In this document: positions 11,528 to 23,056 of the stretch, piece by piece | Position numbering within the stretch: position 1 is the first letter of the stretch | How the letters are laid out: each line of letters starts with the position of its first letter | Origin: Nemertoderma westbladi | Taxonomy: Eukaryota > Animalia > Xenacoelomorpha | DNA: 64,000 bases | Direction of reading: 5' to 3' | Assembly: GCA_032718475.1 (NCBI GenBank) | Contig: JAUCBJ010008551.1 | Location: forward strand, 1-64,000 | The notes under the pieces: generated by a model | What the model saw: the letters and a program-made list of their open reading frames with translations, nothing else | What the model was told of the DNA's origin: nothing | The model's database searches: none | Translations under genes and position numbers: made by a program

Positions 11528-12636
11528 TTAAAGTTAATTTGGAAGAAATGGATAATATAAAAATCATTGTTGGATTGATTAATGTCAATAGTAAGTTCAT
11601 TAGCTCATTGACTTAATCGGGTTTGTTTCGTTACTCTGCAACAACCAACGGGATGATGTTTAATCTGGACTTCAACGTAGTCGGATTTATACTTAGACGA
11701 CATTGTGTATTACACAGATTTTGCTTCTAAATTGGTGCTCATTGTGTAAGACAACATGATACACCTTTTGAAGATTTCGTTAATGGAAAGTCATTTCTTT
11801 ATTTTACCGTAGCATCCATTATGTTGATTACATTATCAGGATCTTTTCTCTCCAAGTTCTATTGCGTTCTTCATTGTATTATTACGTCGAAATTTATGTT
11901 ATTAACCACAAATATAAGATAATAGTGGTCTTGTATGAATAATTAATTTGCATCATCGAGGGTATAATACCTGTGCACACGCTTTGTATTATTATGTTTT
12001 ATCAAATAATAATTATTAAATGTTTACATTAAATTAAGGTTAATATTAAGCGTTTTTTTACATTAAAAAGTGGTTGTGATAAAGTAAATTAAATAAAGGA
12101 AATAATCACATGACATGTTCAAGTCAGGATGAGAATTATTCAAAATTTATGGTTCAACTGAAAATTAGTCATTGTAGACAGACCTCTATAACACAATTGC
12201 TTTTGAATTCAAAAATGTGGATAGGGTGTAGGGATAAGGTATTAATAATAAATTTTTGTTGATATATGTTGTGTTCTCCCTCCAGCAAAACAATTCACTG
12301 TTTTTATATTATCTCAAATAAAGAACCCCGAGGGAAAAACTGGTTCTTGAAGAGTTGCCGAGACTAAAATGAGAACGCTGGTATCGCAGGTGTGGAATGG
12401 GTTCTTATGGTGCGTACGCCGGGTGCACCTACTCGTTTGTTATAACCTGTTTTCTAATGACAATTTTATTCCAGTATCTAGTAGAAGAGAGTTCTAAATT
12501 TCGGGTCAAGATAGTTTTATATAATTTCGGATTGCAACAAACTTTTAAATCTTGAGTGATAATATGGAACTTTATCCGACAATTGTCGATATTAAGTAAA
12601 TAGGATAGAGATAGAATATATATAGGATAGTAGATA

Positions 12637-13221
12637 CTACTACTACTAGGATCGGCATGCTGCATTGCAGCTGCATTTTTAAGAATGCTGTGCCGGCTTA
12701 TCGACAAAATTGCACCGCCACAACTCCCTATCACCCATGACATTTGCTAGATCATCCGCATCTTCAAGGCCAGTATCCTTTAAGATGCGTCTCAAGAAAG
12801 TCATGGGCTGTCCACCATGCTTATTCACTCCATGAGGCTGCCAAAGTACAAGATTATGCACTGGCTGGTCCTCACGGCGAAGCAATGTCCTGCAAAGCGG
12901 AGGCGATTTTGTTCTAGTGTCAAGCTTGGGGGAACCAATGAGACACCTCCAATGTTATATAGTGTCTGGTTGGAGATGTGTGCATTGTACTTGACACAAT
13001 GAACCCAGCGTAGCATTCTTTTGAATGTGCCATCCAGAGATTTGGTGTCCTCAGCAGTTAGAGCACAGCATGGACTCCCATAGAGGAGTACCGGAACTAC
13101 TGCTGCTCTAAATAATCGGACCTTAAGTTTCCGATTAATTCTCGTTGAATTCCAAATCCTGGAAAGCCTATTCAAGGCTGCCCATGCTTTTCCCTTACGT
13201 ATTCGAAGGTCCTCACCTGAC
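12637..13221 (-). mobile_element. RTE-clade LINE, 3' part (left piece of an element split by the BEL insertion)
   Basis: ORF2 C-terminus GKAWAALNRLSRIW...LFRAAVVPVLLYGS...RLRFAGHC...LVLWQP; (TAG)n tail at ~12635-12648; same family as 28357-29395; 12-bp TSD GGATAGTAGATA at 12625-12636 and 26820-26831. Confidence 0.9.
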
Positions 13222-14300
13222 AAGGACTGCCCTTAGCAGTCCCTGGCCAACAGCAGTTATTACGAGCCTGAAAAGGACATCGAAAACTGCTGCTTGTGTC
13301 AGGGATTTGCGACGGGAACCGACGACAGACCCCTAGCCAAGCTGTACTGGTTCCTGACCGATCCCTTCGGGGTTCGGGAAGGGTGGGATGGACACGCGAA
13401 CGGGTTGACCGACTAACGGATGAAGGGTTCGACAAGGACTTCCTTCCTGAAGTGGGTTCCACAACCGGCGTTAGTACGAGCCTGAATATGGACTCGGAAA
13501 ACCACCAACCATTGGGGCTCATGACGGGCTGACAGACCCCTTGCCAAGCCGTACTGGTTCCTGACCGGATACCTTCGGGGTTCGGGAAGGGTGGGACAGA
13601 CACGCAACGGGGTCGAAAGACAAAGGACTGGACTCTACTGGCCTACCGACTGTTCGGAGCAGCTTCTCGGCTGCCAAAGCGACTACGAGCCTGAATAAGG
13701 ACTCGTAAAGCCTAGGTGGTTGGGTCCCTGCGATGAACCGATGGACCCCTAGCCAAGCCGTACTGGTTCCTGATGACCGATCCTTTCGGGGTTTTGGAAG
13801 GGTGGGACGGGCACGCAAACGGGTCCACCGACACGACAGACCCCTAGCCAAGCCGTACTGGTTCCTGATGACCGATCCCTTCTGGGTTCGGGAAGGGTGG
13901 GACGGACACGCAACAGGGTCGACCGACACTGACACTACGGTACCGAGACTACTACCGAGGGAAAATGGGGAACATTAGTTAGGTTAAAATCCAAAGCGAA
14001 CAGTGGGTAATTAAATAATGTACTGTAGGGATTTATATTGTCGTGTTATATTATTGTGAATATTTGGTGTATATTGGTTTGGGGAAGCCCAACTTATTGT
14101 CAATCAAGGTTCAACTGTAGGGAAGTTACATTAAAGAGTATATCCAACCAATGAAACTTTTCCTCAACCGCAATCTTGCATTTAAGAAGGTATTCCTTCT
14201 CCACTACCAATATCCGGTGACTGGCCGGGATTCCATGGTCTGAAAAGTTCCGCCTCCAGCATCGGCGTTTTCCCCCATGGTGTCGGGAATAACGGCAACA
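13219..14300 (+). repeat. 5' LTR of BEL element 1 (first ~95 bp deleted)
   Basis: Colinear with 25616-26698; begins abruptly at GAC, a trinucleotide shared with the RTE; ends CGGCAACA. Confidence 0.9.
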
Positions 14301-14302
14301 AA

Positions 14303-14314
14303 ATTGAGAATAAG
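14303..14314 (+). promoter_or_regulatory. Putative self-priming primer-binding site (ATTGAGAATAAG; second copy at 14341-14352)
   Basis: Lies 2 nt after the LTR end and is perfectly complementary to CTTATTCTCAAT in the 3' LTR (26491-26502), with one mismatch in the 5' LTR (14093-14104). There is no TGG-type tRNA PBS next to the LTR. Confidence 0.65.
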
Positions 14315-14758
14315 GGATTCAATTTTGACAGGCTGTCAAAATTGAGAATAAGACGCGGCCAACTTCAACTGGTGGAAGTTGGGAATCCTACAATACTCTT
14401 CAAACTCTCTCCATGCTTACCCAGCACGCACTACAAGGAAACTCTGGTATTTGGTTTAAGACAAAGCTGTGGTTTAATCAATCGACAAACTCGAACTAAT
14501 AAAATCGTAGTCGGCAGATCATATCTAGAGAGTTGTTAACAGGGAATGGAAGTATCGATCACACCCATTGATATAATCCAAGTTGAGCCAGGAATCTGGC
14601 ACGTCGAAGTCGAAGTACAAGGAACAAACGTTGGACGATTCAGGATTACCGTTTGGGTCGTCCAGGCTGAGTCTGAGACCTACGAGGAACTATTTTACGA
14701 CATTGCATATCTAGCTATCAACGAGGCGCTAGAATGACAACGAATAACGTCCGATGAG

Positions 14759-17700
14759 ATGTACCCCCACACAGACTCGGAAGCCGATGAGATACCGAAC
14801 GTCAAGAACATGACCCGTCGACTAGGCGCTCTCAAAGGCGGAGTCACTCAAGCGTATCAACGTATAGAGAAACAACTCAAGGGAGTCAAAACCCCCCTCA
14901 ACGAGATACCAACTCAGCTAGAGAATATCCGAAGTATCTTACAACGATATGAGAGGATGATACAAGCGTATCAAGAACTCATCCCCGCCACCGATTATGT
15001 AAAGTACCCCAGACTATAAGAACACGTTGTACATCTAGATGAGTTCCGCAAACAACACCGGAGGACCCTCAGCCTCGTGAGAGGCTACGAGGAACAGTAC
15101 TATAAGAGAACTGAAAGAACAGATGCAGAATCGATGCGAACCTCCAGCACCAGGACAGCGATTCATCGAAAGAGAACGAGGTCCTCAAGACACCAGCACT
15201 CCAGCGCTAGGAGCGAGAGATCCGGTTCAACGCGCAGTTCTCAAGGGGGTCAGCCACTCCGTGATCAGCTACGAGAACAGAGGGCATTGGCCCTCAAAGC
15301 TCGGATGGAAGATGAATATGTTCAACTGCAGATGGAACAGGATGTATTAGCAGCCGAACAACGTAAATGAGAGGCCGAACAACAGGCCGAACAACGTAAA
15401 CGTGAGGCCGAACTAGATACCGAACAACGTAAAATGGAGGCAGAAATGCATAAATAACATGCTGAGGCCCAAGCGATTCTCCTCCACAAAAAGAATGCGG
15501 ATATTGCGAAACTTGCGGAATACGAAGCGGGACGGGATCATAGAACGGGATCTCCAACTATATGAGGACTGGGAAAGGGTTATAGAACAGAACTATTAAC
15601 CAATCCCGTTCCCAGAATTAGAGAAGTCATTTACGCCACCGGCGGCGAAACCCCCGAAACCCAAGTTCCCGCCAACCATACAGTCTACGTTATTGGCACA
15701 AGCACCAGTATTCCATCCCCCCCCCCCCCCGGTTACGCTTAAGAATGAGGAACGTTATTTCCCATCCAACCCCACAGTACCGAGCGTTCCCAAGTACGAG
15801 CCTGAAAGGGACTCGGAACGGGACGCCACCCCTCGATCCAACAACCCGTTTACATCCACACCACAAATCCGTAAATGCGTCATCATTAAAACTCCACCTC
15901 TCATCGATCCATCATGCATGTGAGAGAGTGCTAATAACTATAACCCTCCTAGTCATTCTAGTTCAGATGACGTCGGCATTATCCGGGCATTGGAAAACCG
16001 CCTAGCCATGCCCAAGATGGAGATCCGCACCTTCGAAGGAGACCCCGTCGATTACCTCGGATTCAAGAAACGGTTCTTCGCTCAGATTGGGTCAACGGAT
16101 ATAACCGACGCACTAAAACTGGTATATTTATTTATTATTATTTAAATTATAATTATTATATATTATATATTAAATATTATTATATAATTATTTACTATTA
16201 TTATTATTTATTACGAGGACTACGAGGAACCGACATAAGCCGTGGAATGGGCGTGTTATCTTGCAAATTGGGCACCCGAAAGGGAAGGCACCACAATCTC
16301 CCTTCTCTGTCTCTTCTGCGGAGAGAAACATAAGGTGGAATTCTGCAGAAAGTTCCAGTTTGCCGAAATCGTCCCATGCTTCGAGGCGATAATGAAACAC
16401 CGAGGATGCTTCTGGTGTCTTGGAACAGGTCACTATGTTCGGGATTGCGACCAAAGATCGTGCTGCGCGGTCTGTAATGACCTACATCATCACACACTCC
16501 TCCATATCCCCGCAAACTTTGACTTCACCATCATCCCCTTTCGGATCGAAGCCAAACGAAGAGGAGAAACGAACCACGTCTCTAAAGGAACTCGAACGAT
16601 TCAACGGAGGGAAACCAATCCGTTTAAGACCTCCACCGATGTATCACAATTGACAAATATCTCAGCTATGATCAACCTTATAAATCGCCGTTACATGGTC
16701 TTCGCCAAAGTAATACCAGTAAGAATTAAAGGGGTCGGGAAATCCTTGACAACGCTCGCGTTCCTCGACAACGGGTCGGACGGAACCATCATCGACTGGG
16801 ATTTCCTCGATCAACTCGGCCTAGACTACGAACCTTGCAAACGGCCCATACAAACTATCACCGACCATAGAGAAGTAGAGTCCGGGGAGGTGCAGCTCCA
16901 GATGGAAGTAGCCATGAAGTGTTACGAGACGGTCAAGCTGATGATCAAGAACGCCTTGGTACACACCGATCTCCGAGTGCAGTTCCGACAATCAGCTGAA
17001 TACGCACCCCTCATACAGATAGACCGGGAAGATGTAGACCTATGATGTCCACCGTTGGACGTGAACCGAATCACCCTATTGATCGGACTAGACACACCGG
17101 AATTACACATACCCACCGGAGACGTCGCCCGATCTGTAAAGCCGGATGACGGCTTTTATGCCGAACGCACGATCATGGGTTGGACACTCTGCTGCATCTA
17201 AGAGGAGACTACAGACACTTATACATATCTCCCTAAATGCCAGATTAAAGAGAATGCAACATCCGTGGGTTATTGTTCAGCAACAGACCTGGACGAGGAC
17301 TTATTCCTTGAGACTGAGAAAACCCAGCAGGAGATGACCAAATACTTTAATTTAGAGACCCAAGAGTTTGCTGAAAAGGACGATAACCCATCCGAGGAAG
17401 ATCAATATTGTATTGACGTCCTTGATCAGGCCACGTTCAAAGACGGACATTGGTGTTCACCCATGCTATGGAAAGACCCAGATAAACCGATGGCAAATAA
17501 TGCTAACATGGCCCTTAAGCGGCTCAAAGGAATCCTACGCCGGTTAAATTACCAACCCAAGATAAAGGAGAAATATAATAATGTAATCAAAGGATATCTA
17601 GAAGATGGATTGGCGGAAATGGTACCCCGGAATGAACTGCAAGGGGGTAGACGGACATATTATCCCCCAACCCACTATGTGGTAAAATCCGAGTAGTCAA

Positions 17701-20700
17701 TGATGCTGCTGCTATGTATCAAGGCGAATCCCTGAACAGCCAACTCTATACAGGGCCCAACATATACAGTACACTTATCGGCGTGTTGATCCGGTTCAGG
17801 GAAAACCGGATAGCATTCACATGCGACATCAAAGCGATGTTTCACCAGGTCCGAACGCTACAAAAAGACTCAGACTGTCTGCATATATTATGGACGGATA
17901 AAACATTAACTCCACAGGAGTTAAGTCAACTCACATTGAAGGATGTGGACGTAATGCGCATGATCGTCAGGATCTTCGGCGCTAAGGACTCGCCGGTAGC
18001 ATGTAGTGACATGCTGAAGAAAACAGCGACTATGTGCGAAAACGAGTTCCCTCCGACAGTCATAGAAACCATCCGAGAATGCTTCTACATGGACGACAGA
18101 TGCGCCGGTGCCGATAATATTGACGAGGCATATCAGCTAGCGATGGGGATGGTGGAATGTTTAAAGAGAGGAGGTTTCCCCCTCGTAAAGTTCAGATCCC
18201 ACGACAAAACACTTGTGGAAAAGTTTCTGGAAGAAATCAGACTGGACGACAATAAAATGTATTCCGAGGATGTGGATCACCGTGTACTCGGCATTGAATG
18301 GGACATAGAATTGGATGAATTTATCTTCAAATATAACCCCCTACCCAAGCCCATGACGAAAAGGGGATGTTTGTCTATAAAAAGTGCAATATTCGACCCA
18401 CTAAACTTCATATCTCAGGTAACCTTGGCCGGAATGAATCTGATCCAGGAAATGTGGATAGAAGGACTGGGATGGGACAAAGAACTCCCCCCATACCTCA
18501 GTGTCAAATGGAGAAAGTGGACGGAACAACTCGAACATCTACATCTTATGGGGATCCCTTGACCGTTCTTCCTCGATAAACTACCCACCGATATCTTCCA
18601 GCTCCACACTTTCTCAGATGCTTCAAATACCGGAATCGGCGTAGTCACTTTTCTAAAAAGACTAAGTCAAGATGGAAACGGCGATACGAGCTTCTTATTT
18701 TCTAAGGCTAAGACAGTATCCGGGGAATTCGTAGCCACGATACCGAGACTTGAGCTACAGGCCGCAGTTTGGGCAGTGAGACAGAATCACATGGTCATGT
18801 GGAATCTACGAATCCCCATCGAATCGCAACATTTCTGGGTCGATTCGAGTATCGTTCTCTACTAACTCCACTCACCATCATGGTAACACACCACGTTCGT
18901 AGTGAACCGAGCCACAGAGATAAAACAGTGCACCGGCCGAGAACAGTGGCACCATGTAAATGGGAAAGAAAACCCAGCAGACTTGTCGAGCAGAGGCGCC
19001 ACCCCACGACAGCTCGGTAAAAGAAAACTCTGGCTCACCAGCCCGGAATTCCTACAGCAGCCACAATTAACCTGGAGTACCCGATTTGATCCCGAACTCG
19101 ATAGTGGAAAATACTCCGGAGACGACAAGGAAATCTGTAAAGTCCATAGAAGCGCCGCAGTGGAGATCTATAGTTGTCTGACCGAGCCTGCAAAGGTCTC
19201 GGGCAGGCACTATAATGTCGCGACTATCACGCAACCAGCGGCGTCTTTACAACTATTGATCGTGCGAACCTCCTCGATGAGACGTCTCATCCACCACGTC
19301 GTCATAACACTTTGCAACTTCCTGCGGTGGAAAGACAACAAACCGATAGTTCAATGAAGTATACAAGAACTCATCATTGCGGATAAATGTATTGTTAGAT
19401 ATGTCCAGAAAGTAAGTTTCCCCGACGAGTGGGAACAACTCAGTGCGGGCAAGACCTTGAAACCGGACAGTCCAGTCTACCAATTGAGACCAATGATGGG
19501 AGAAGACGGACTGATTCGACTGAATACCCGGATGGCAAACGCCCCGGTTGAATACAAAGTGAAATACCCAGCGCTTCTGCCCGGAACGTCAACACTAGCC
19601 AAGCTATTAATCCAACAGTGTCACGAGGAAAACCATAACGCAGGACAGAACTGGATTATGGCTAATATACGGCAAAGATATTGGATCACCCACATCCAGC
19701 CACTGATCCCGAAAGTGTTAAAACGTTGTTTTTCCTGCAGAAGATATCTAGCGCCACCGCCACACATCTACAGTCCGATTCCCCACCGTTCTACGTAACC
19801 GGAGTAGACTGTTTCGGACCATTCACAGTCATCGAGCGACGATCCAACATCAAATGCTGGGGAGCCATCTTTACCTGCCTTAGGTCTAGGGCAATATAAA
19901 AGTGTAAAATAAGTGTAAGTGTAAAAATATAAAAGATGAAATCGCCTCAATTAGTTAGCTGGTGAGTCAACTCGACTCAATTAGTTAGGTGAGTTATCCC
20001 AACTCAATTAGCTTCAACTGGTGAGTCAACTGGAGTTAATTAGTTAGCTGGCGAGTCAAACTCGACTCAATTAAGTTAGCTGGTTTGTGAGTCAAAATCG
20101 ACTATTAGTTAGCTGGTGGGTGAGTCAAATCGACTTATTTAAATTGCTGTGAATTCTAATAGACCCAATTAGTTAGGTAAGTTAACTCATCTTAATTATT
20201 TAGCTGGTGAGTCGAATCGGCCCAATTAGTTAACCTTAAATGCCTAAAATATTAAATAATGCCTATTTGTTTTACCATATGTAAGAAATATATAGTTATT
20301 TATGTACTGTTTTGTTCTATATTCACAGAATTCAAAATTAAAATAAAACGTACTCCAGTGTGTCTGGCTGTGTGTGTCTGGCTGTGTGTGTCTGGATATT
20401 TAATGAGGCTGATTTACTAACGACTGAGCTTGTTTGTACTTGAGTTATGCTCAATCACGCCTTTATAGTTATGCTTTGATTAATAATAATCCCTTAACTC
20501 AACTCAATTACAAATAGTGATAAAAAAGCTAAAACACCCCTTTTATTGAGTATATAATAATGTCTATTTCAGGATGTCAGTAAATGATTTAGTGAGTAAT
20601 TTCTCTGCAATGGAGTTGTGCAATCTCTCGCCAGACACACTGGACGATAAGAAGAAACCGTGGTCTCTCAGTTCTATAGACGGGAGTTGGAGGAAATCCT

Positions 20701-21799
20701 TTAGTGCTGGGGGGCGACGGAAGTTTGGTGAGGTTTCATTGCAGTACAGTACAGACATCCGCACATTGATACACAATAAATATATTATTGTTCCTTTTTG
20801 TGTAATTTTCGTGACAGTAAATAGATGGATGATGTTGTTATATTCTGGATTTTGTATTAATATTAATTATGGTTAGAATTAAAAAAATTTTGTTTGAATA
20901 ATATTTATTTGATATTTGATTTTTGATCTACCTAGACATTGTGGTGAACCTTACGCAACACGCATTTATCAACGCCCTGCGTCGGTTCGTGGCGAACAAT
21001 GGAACATGTCGTCATATGTACTCCGATAACGGTACAAGAGTTTGTGAGAGGAGAAAGAGAACTTAGAGAGGCAATTGAAGGATGGTTCACCGAAGACACC
21101 GCATCCCAAGTCTGGAGGGAACACTATATCCAGTGGCACTTCCAAACACCCTTAGCACCCCATATGAGCGGAGTGTGGGAGAAGCTCATCGACTTGGTAA
21201 AACGATCCATGCGCGTCGCATTAGGAGACACCCGGGTAACCCACGACACCCTCCGCACGACATTCTGCGAGATCACGGCTACCCTGAACAACTGGCCCAT
21301 CGTACCTATCCGCGATGACCCCACAGACCTGGAGCCTCTCACTCCTAACCATCTACTCGGAAGACCCAAAACCCACATTCTTCCAGAGACGATGTTTCCG
21401 GATCCCAACGATATCGCAAGAAATACCAATTGGAAGAAGGCCCAAGCGTTGGCAGCGCATTGGTGGAGAATCTGGGCACAAGAGTACCTCATAACCTTCC
21501 GGACCAGGAGGAAATGGAACAACACCTATAGGAATGTCGCAATTGGTGACATGGTGCTAGTGAAGGAAGACCTTAAAGACCGCGTCCACTGGCCTTTGGC
21601 GCGAGTCGCGGGGATAACTCCAAGTAAAGACGGACTTGCGAGAACTGTGACAATACGAACGGCAAAGGGCCACTACCAACGCCCTATCCAGAGGCTGTGC
21701 TTTCTTGAAGGCAATGACAGCGGTGACTCTACGAGAGGTGATAAGTTCCCTACTCAGGATCCTGTTGCAGACATTGGTGACAATGCTAAACCCGTTTAA
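14759..21799 (+). pseudogene. BEL/Pao gag-pol, fragmented by stops, frameshifts and insertions
   Basis: Gag MPKMEIRTFEGDPVDY (~16008) and Cys-His knuckles (CLFCGEKH, CFWCLGTGH, CAVCNDLHH); protease AFLDNGSDGT; RT CDIKAMFHQV and FYMDD; RNase H FSDAS (~18610) and NPADLSSRG; integrase HNAG...CFSC, GVDCFGP, GVWEKLI and LTPNHLLG, with a WPLARV C-terminal domain. Confidence 0.9.
19896..20925. other. Unclassified ~1-kb insertion splitting the BEL integrase
   Basis: Integrase reads RSRAI| before and |IYLDIV after, with AT duplicated at the junctions; contains (TTAGTTAGCTGGTGAGTCAA)-type tandem repeats at ~19950-20230 and (GTGTGTCTGGCT)n at ~20358-20395. Confidence 0.7.
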
Positions 21800-22079
21800 A
21801 CCCTTCTCATCCTGTTGACAAACTCCTTTAAATGTGATTTACTGACAATGATAATGGACCCCCCTTAAACCAACTGTAACCACGCAATGGTATTTGTGTT
21901 TCCTCGTGTGTTATGTGGAGTCCAGCGTCACCCTGCAGATGTTTCGACTGATGCAGGGTCGTTTATGTATTGTTCACCCTGATTTTGGTCATCGGGACCA
22001 ACTATATTGGATTATTGGAAATGGAAAAGATTTGAAGTGGAATTCATTGTATCCATTGTATTGTATTGTGTTGTCCGTT

Positions 22080-22480
22080 GCGTGCACAGTTCGGGGTGTA
22101 GGCGGTGTAACTAGTCCAGCTGTAGATCCCGGATTGCCGCGCAATCCGCGCTATCCCGTTATTCTGGTGGGTCCATGGTGCATCCACATGACTTCGTCGA
22201 TAGAGGTTTTATGTTTCTCAGTCGCGTTATTCTGGTGGGACCGATGCGTGGATTTTGGGGCGTAGGCGGTATAACTAGTCCAGCTGTAGATCCCAGAATG
22301 TTGCGTAAACCCATCCCACATGACTTCGTCGGCTGAGCTTTATGTTAATGGGAGTGTTATTCTGGAGGGTCCCTGGTGCATTCCACGTGACTTCACTTCC
22401 AGCATCTTCATTGTCCGTTACGTGTGCAGTTTGGGGCGTAGGCGGTGTAACTAGCCCAGCTGTAGATCCCAAATTGCTGC
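22080..22480 (+). repeat. Three ~170-bp tandem units between pol and ORF3
   Basis: GGGGYGTAGGCGGTRTAACTAGYCCAGCTGTAGATCCC recurs near 22094, 22257 and 22433. Confidence 0.8.
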
Positions 22481-23056
22481 GTGACACCCCTTCCACAACG
22501 AAAATTTCCCAAAGAAGATGGTTTAATGTAGTTGTAAATGATGAAAAGAAACAGACAACAATACTATAAACTGAATCATGACGTGTATGATGATGAAAAT
22601 GTAATGATGCGCACCCTGGTGCTGCGCTTATAACAAATGATGATAGCCGGGGGATATAACCCCAATGATGAAATGGAAATAAATGAAATGTGAAATAAAT
22701 GTGGAGATAAATGATGAAATGGTGGAACTAAATGATGAAATATGCGTTGAAATAAATTAAATGTACAATGAGTAATGAGTAAAAAGACAAAAAAAAAAAA
22801 TGTATAAAATGTAGAAAGAAAAGAATTGGAAAAAAAAAGAGGACATAAAAAGTCAAAACTGGTTGGATATTAATGTATAGCTATAGTAACTGTAAATGCT
22901 GAATGTATTAGCAATAAGATGGTAGATGCCTATATAGCAATGATATTTAATAAACTGAATTACAAATAAACTGAATTATTCTGCAGTCACTATAGTATCA
23001 GACTTTCTGGATTTATAATTAACTGAGGTAAATTTGCAACGGACATAATCGAAAAT

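Noticed and set aside
13742-13905. Type III hammerhead ribozyme in the LTR repeats (CTGATGA...GAA)
   Set aside because: CTGATGA is present in only some units, the core has GAAG rather than GAAA, and there is no proper UH cleavage site; kept only as a generic structured-RNA candidate.
13145-13978. Multiple short ORFs in the LTRs (also 25610-26412)
   Set aside because: GC-rich repeated LTR sequence; the ORFs are not preserved between the two LTRs and have no protein motifs.
14369-14384. TGGTGGAAGTTGGG as the tRNA PBS of BEL element 1
   Set aside because: It lies ~70 nt from the LTR end and forms a local hairpin with CCAACTTC; a PBS is expected within a few nt of the LTR.
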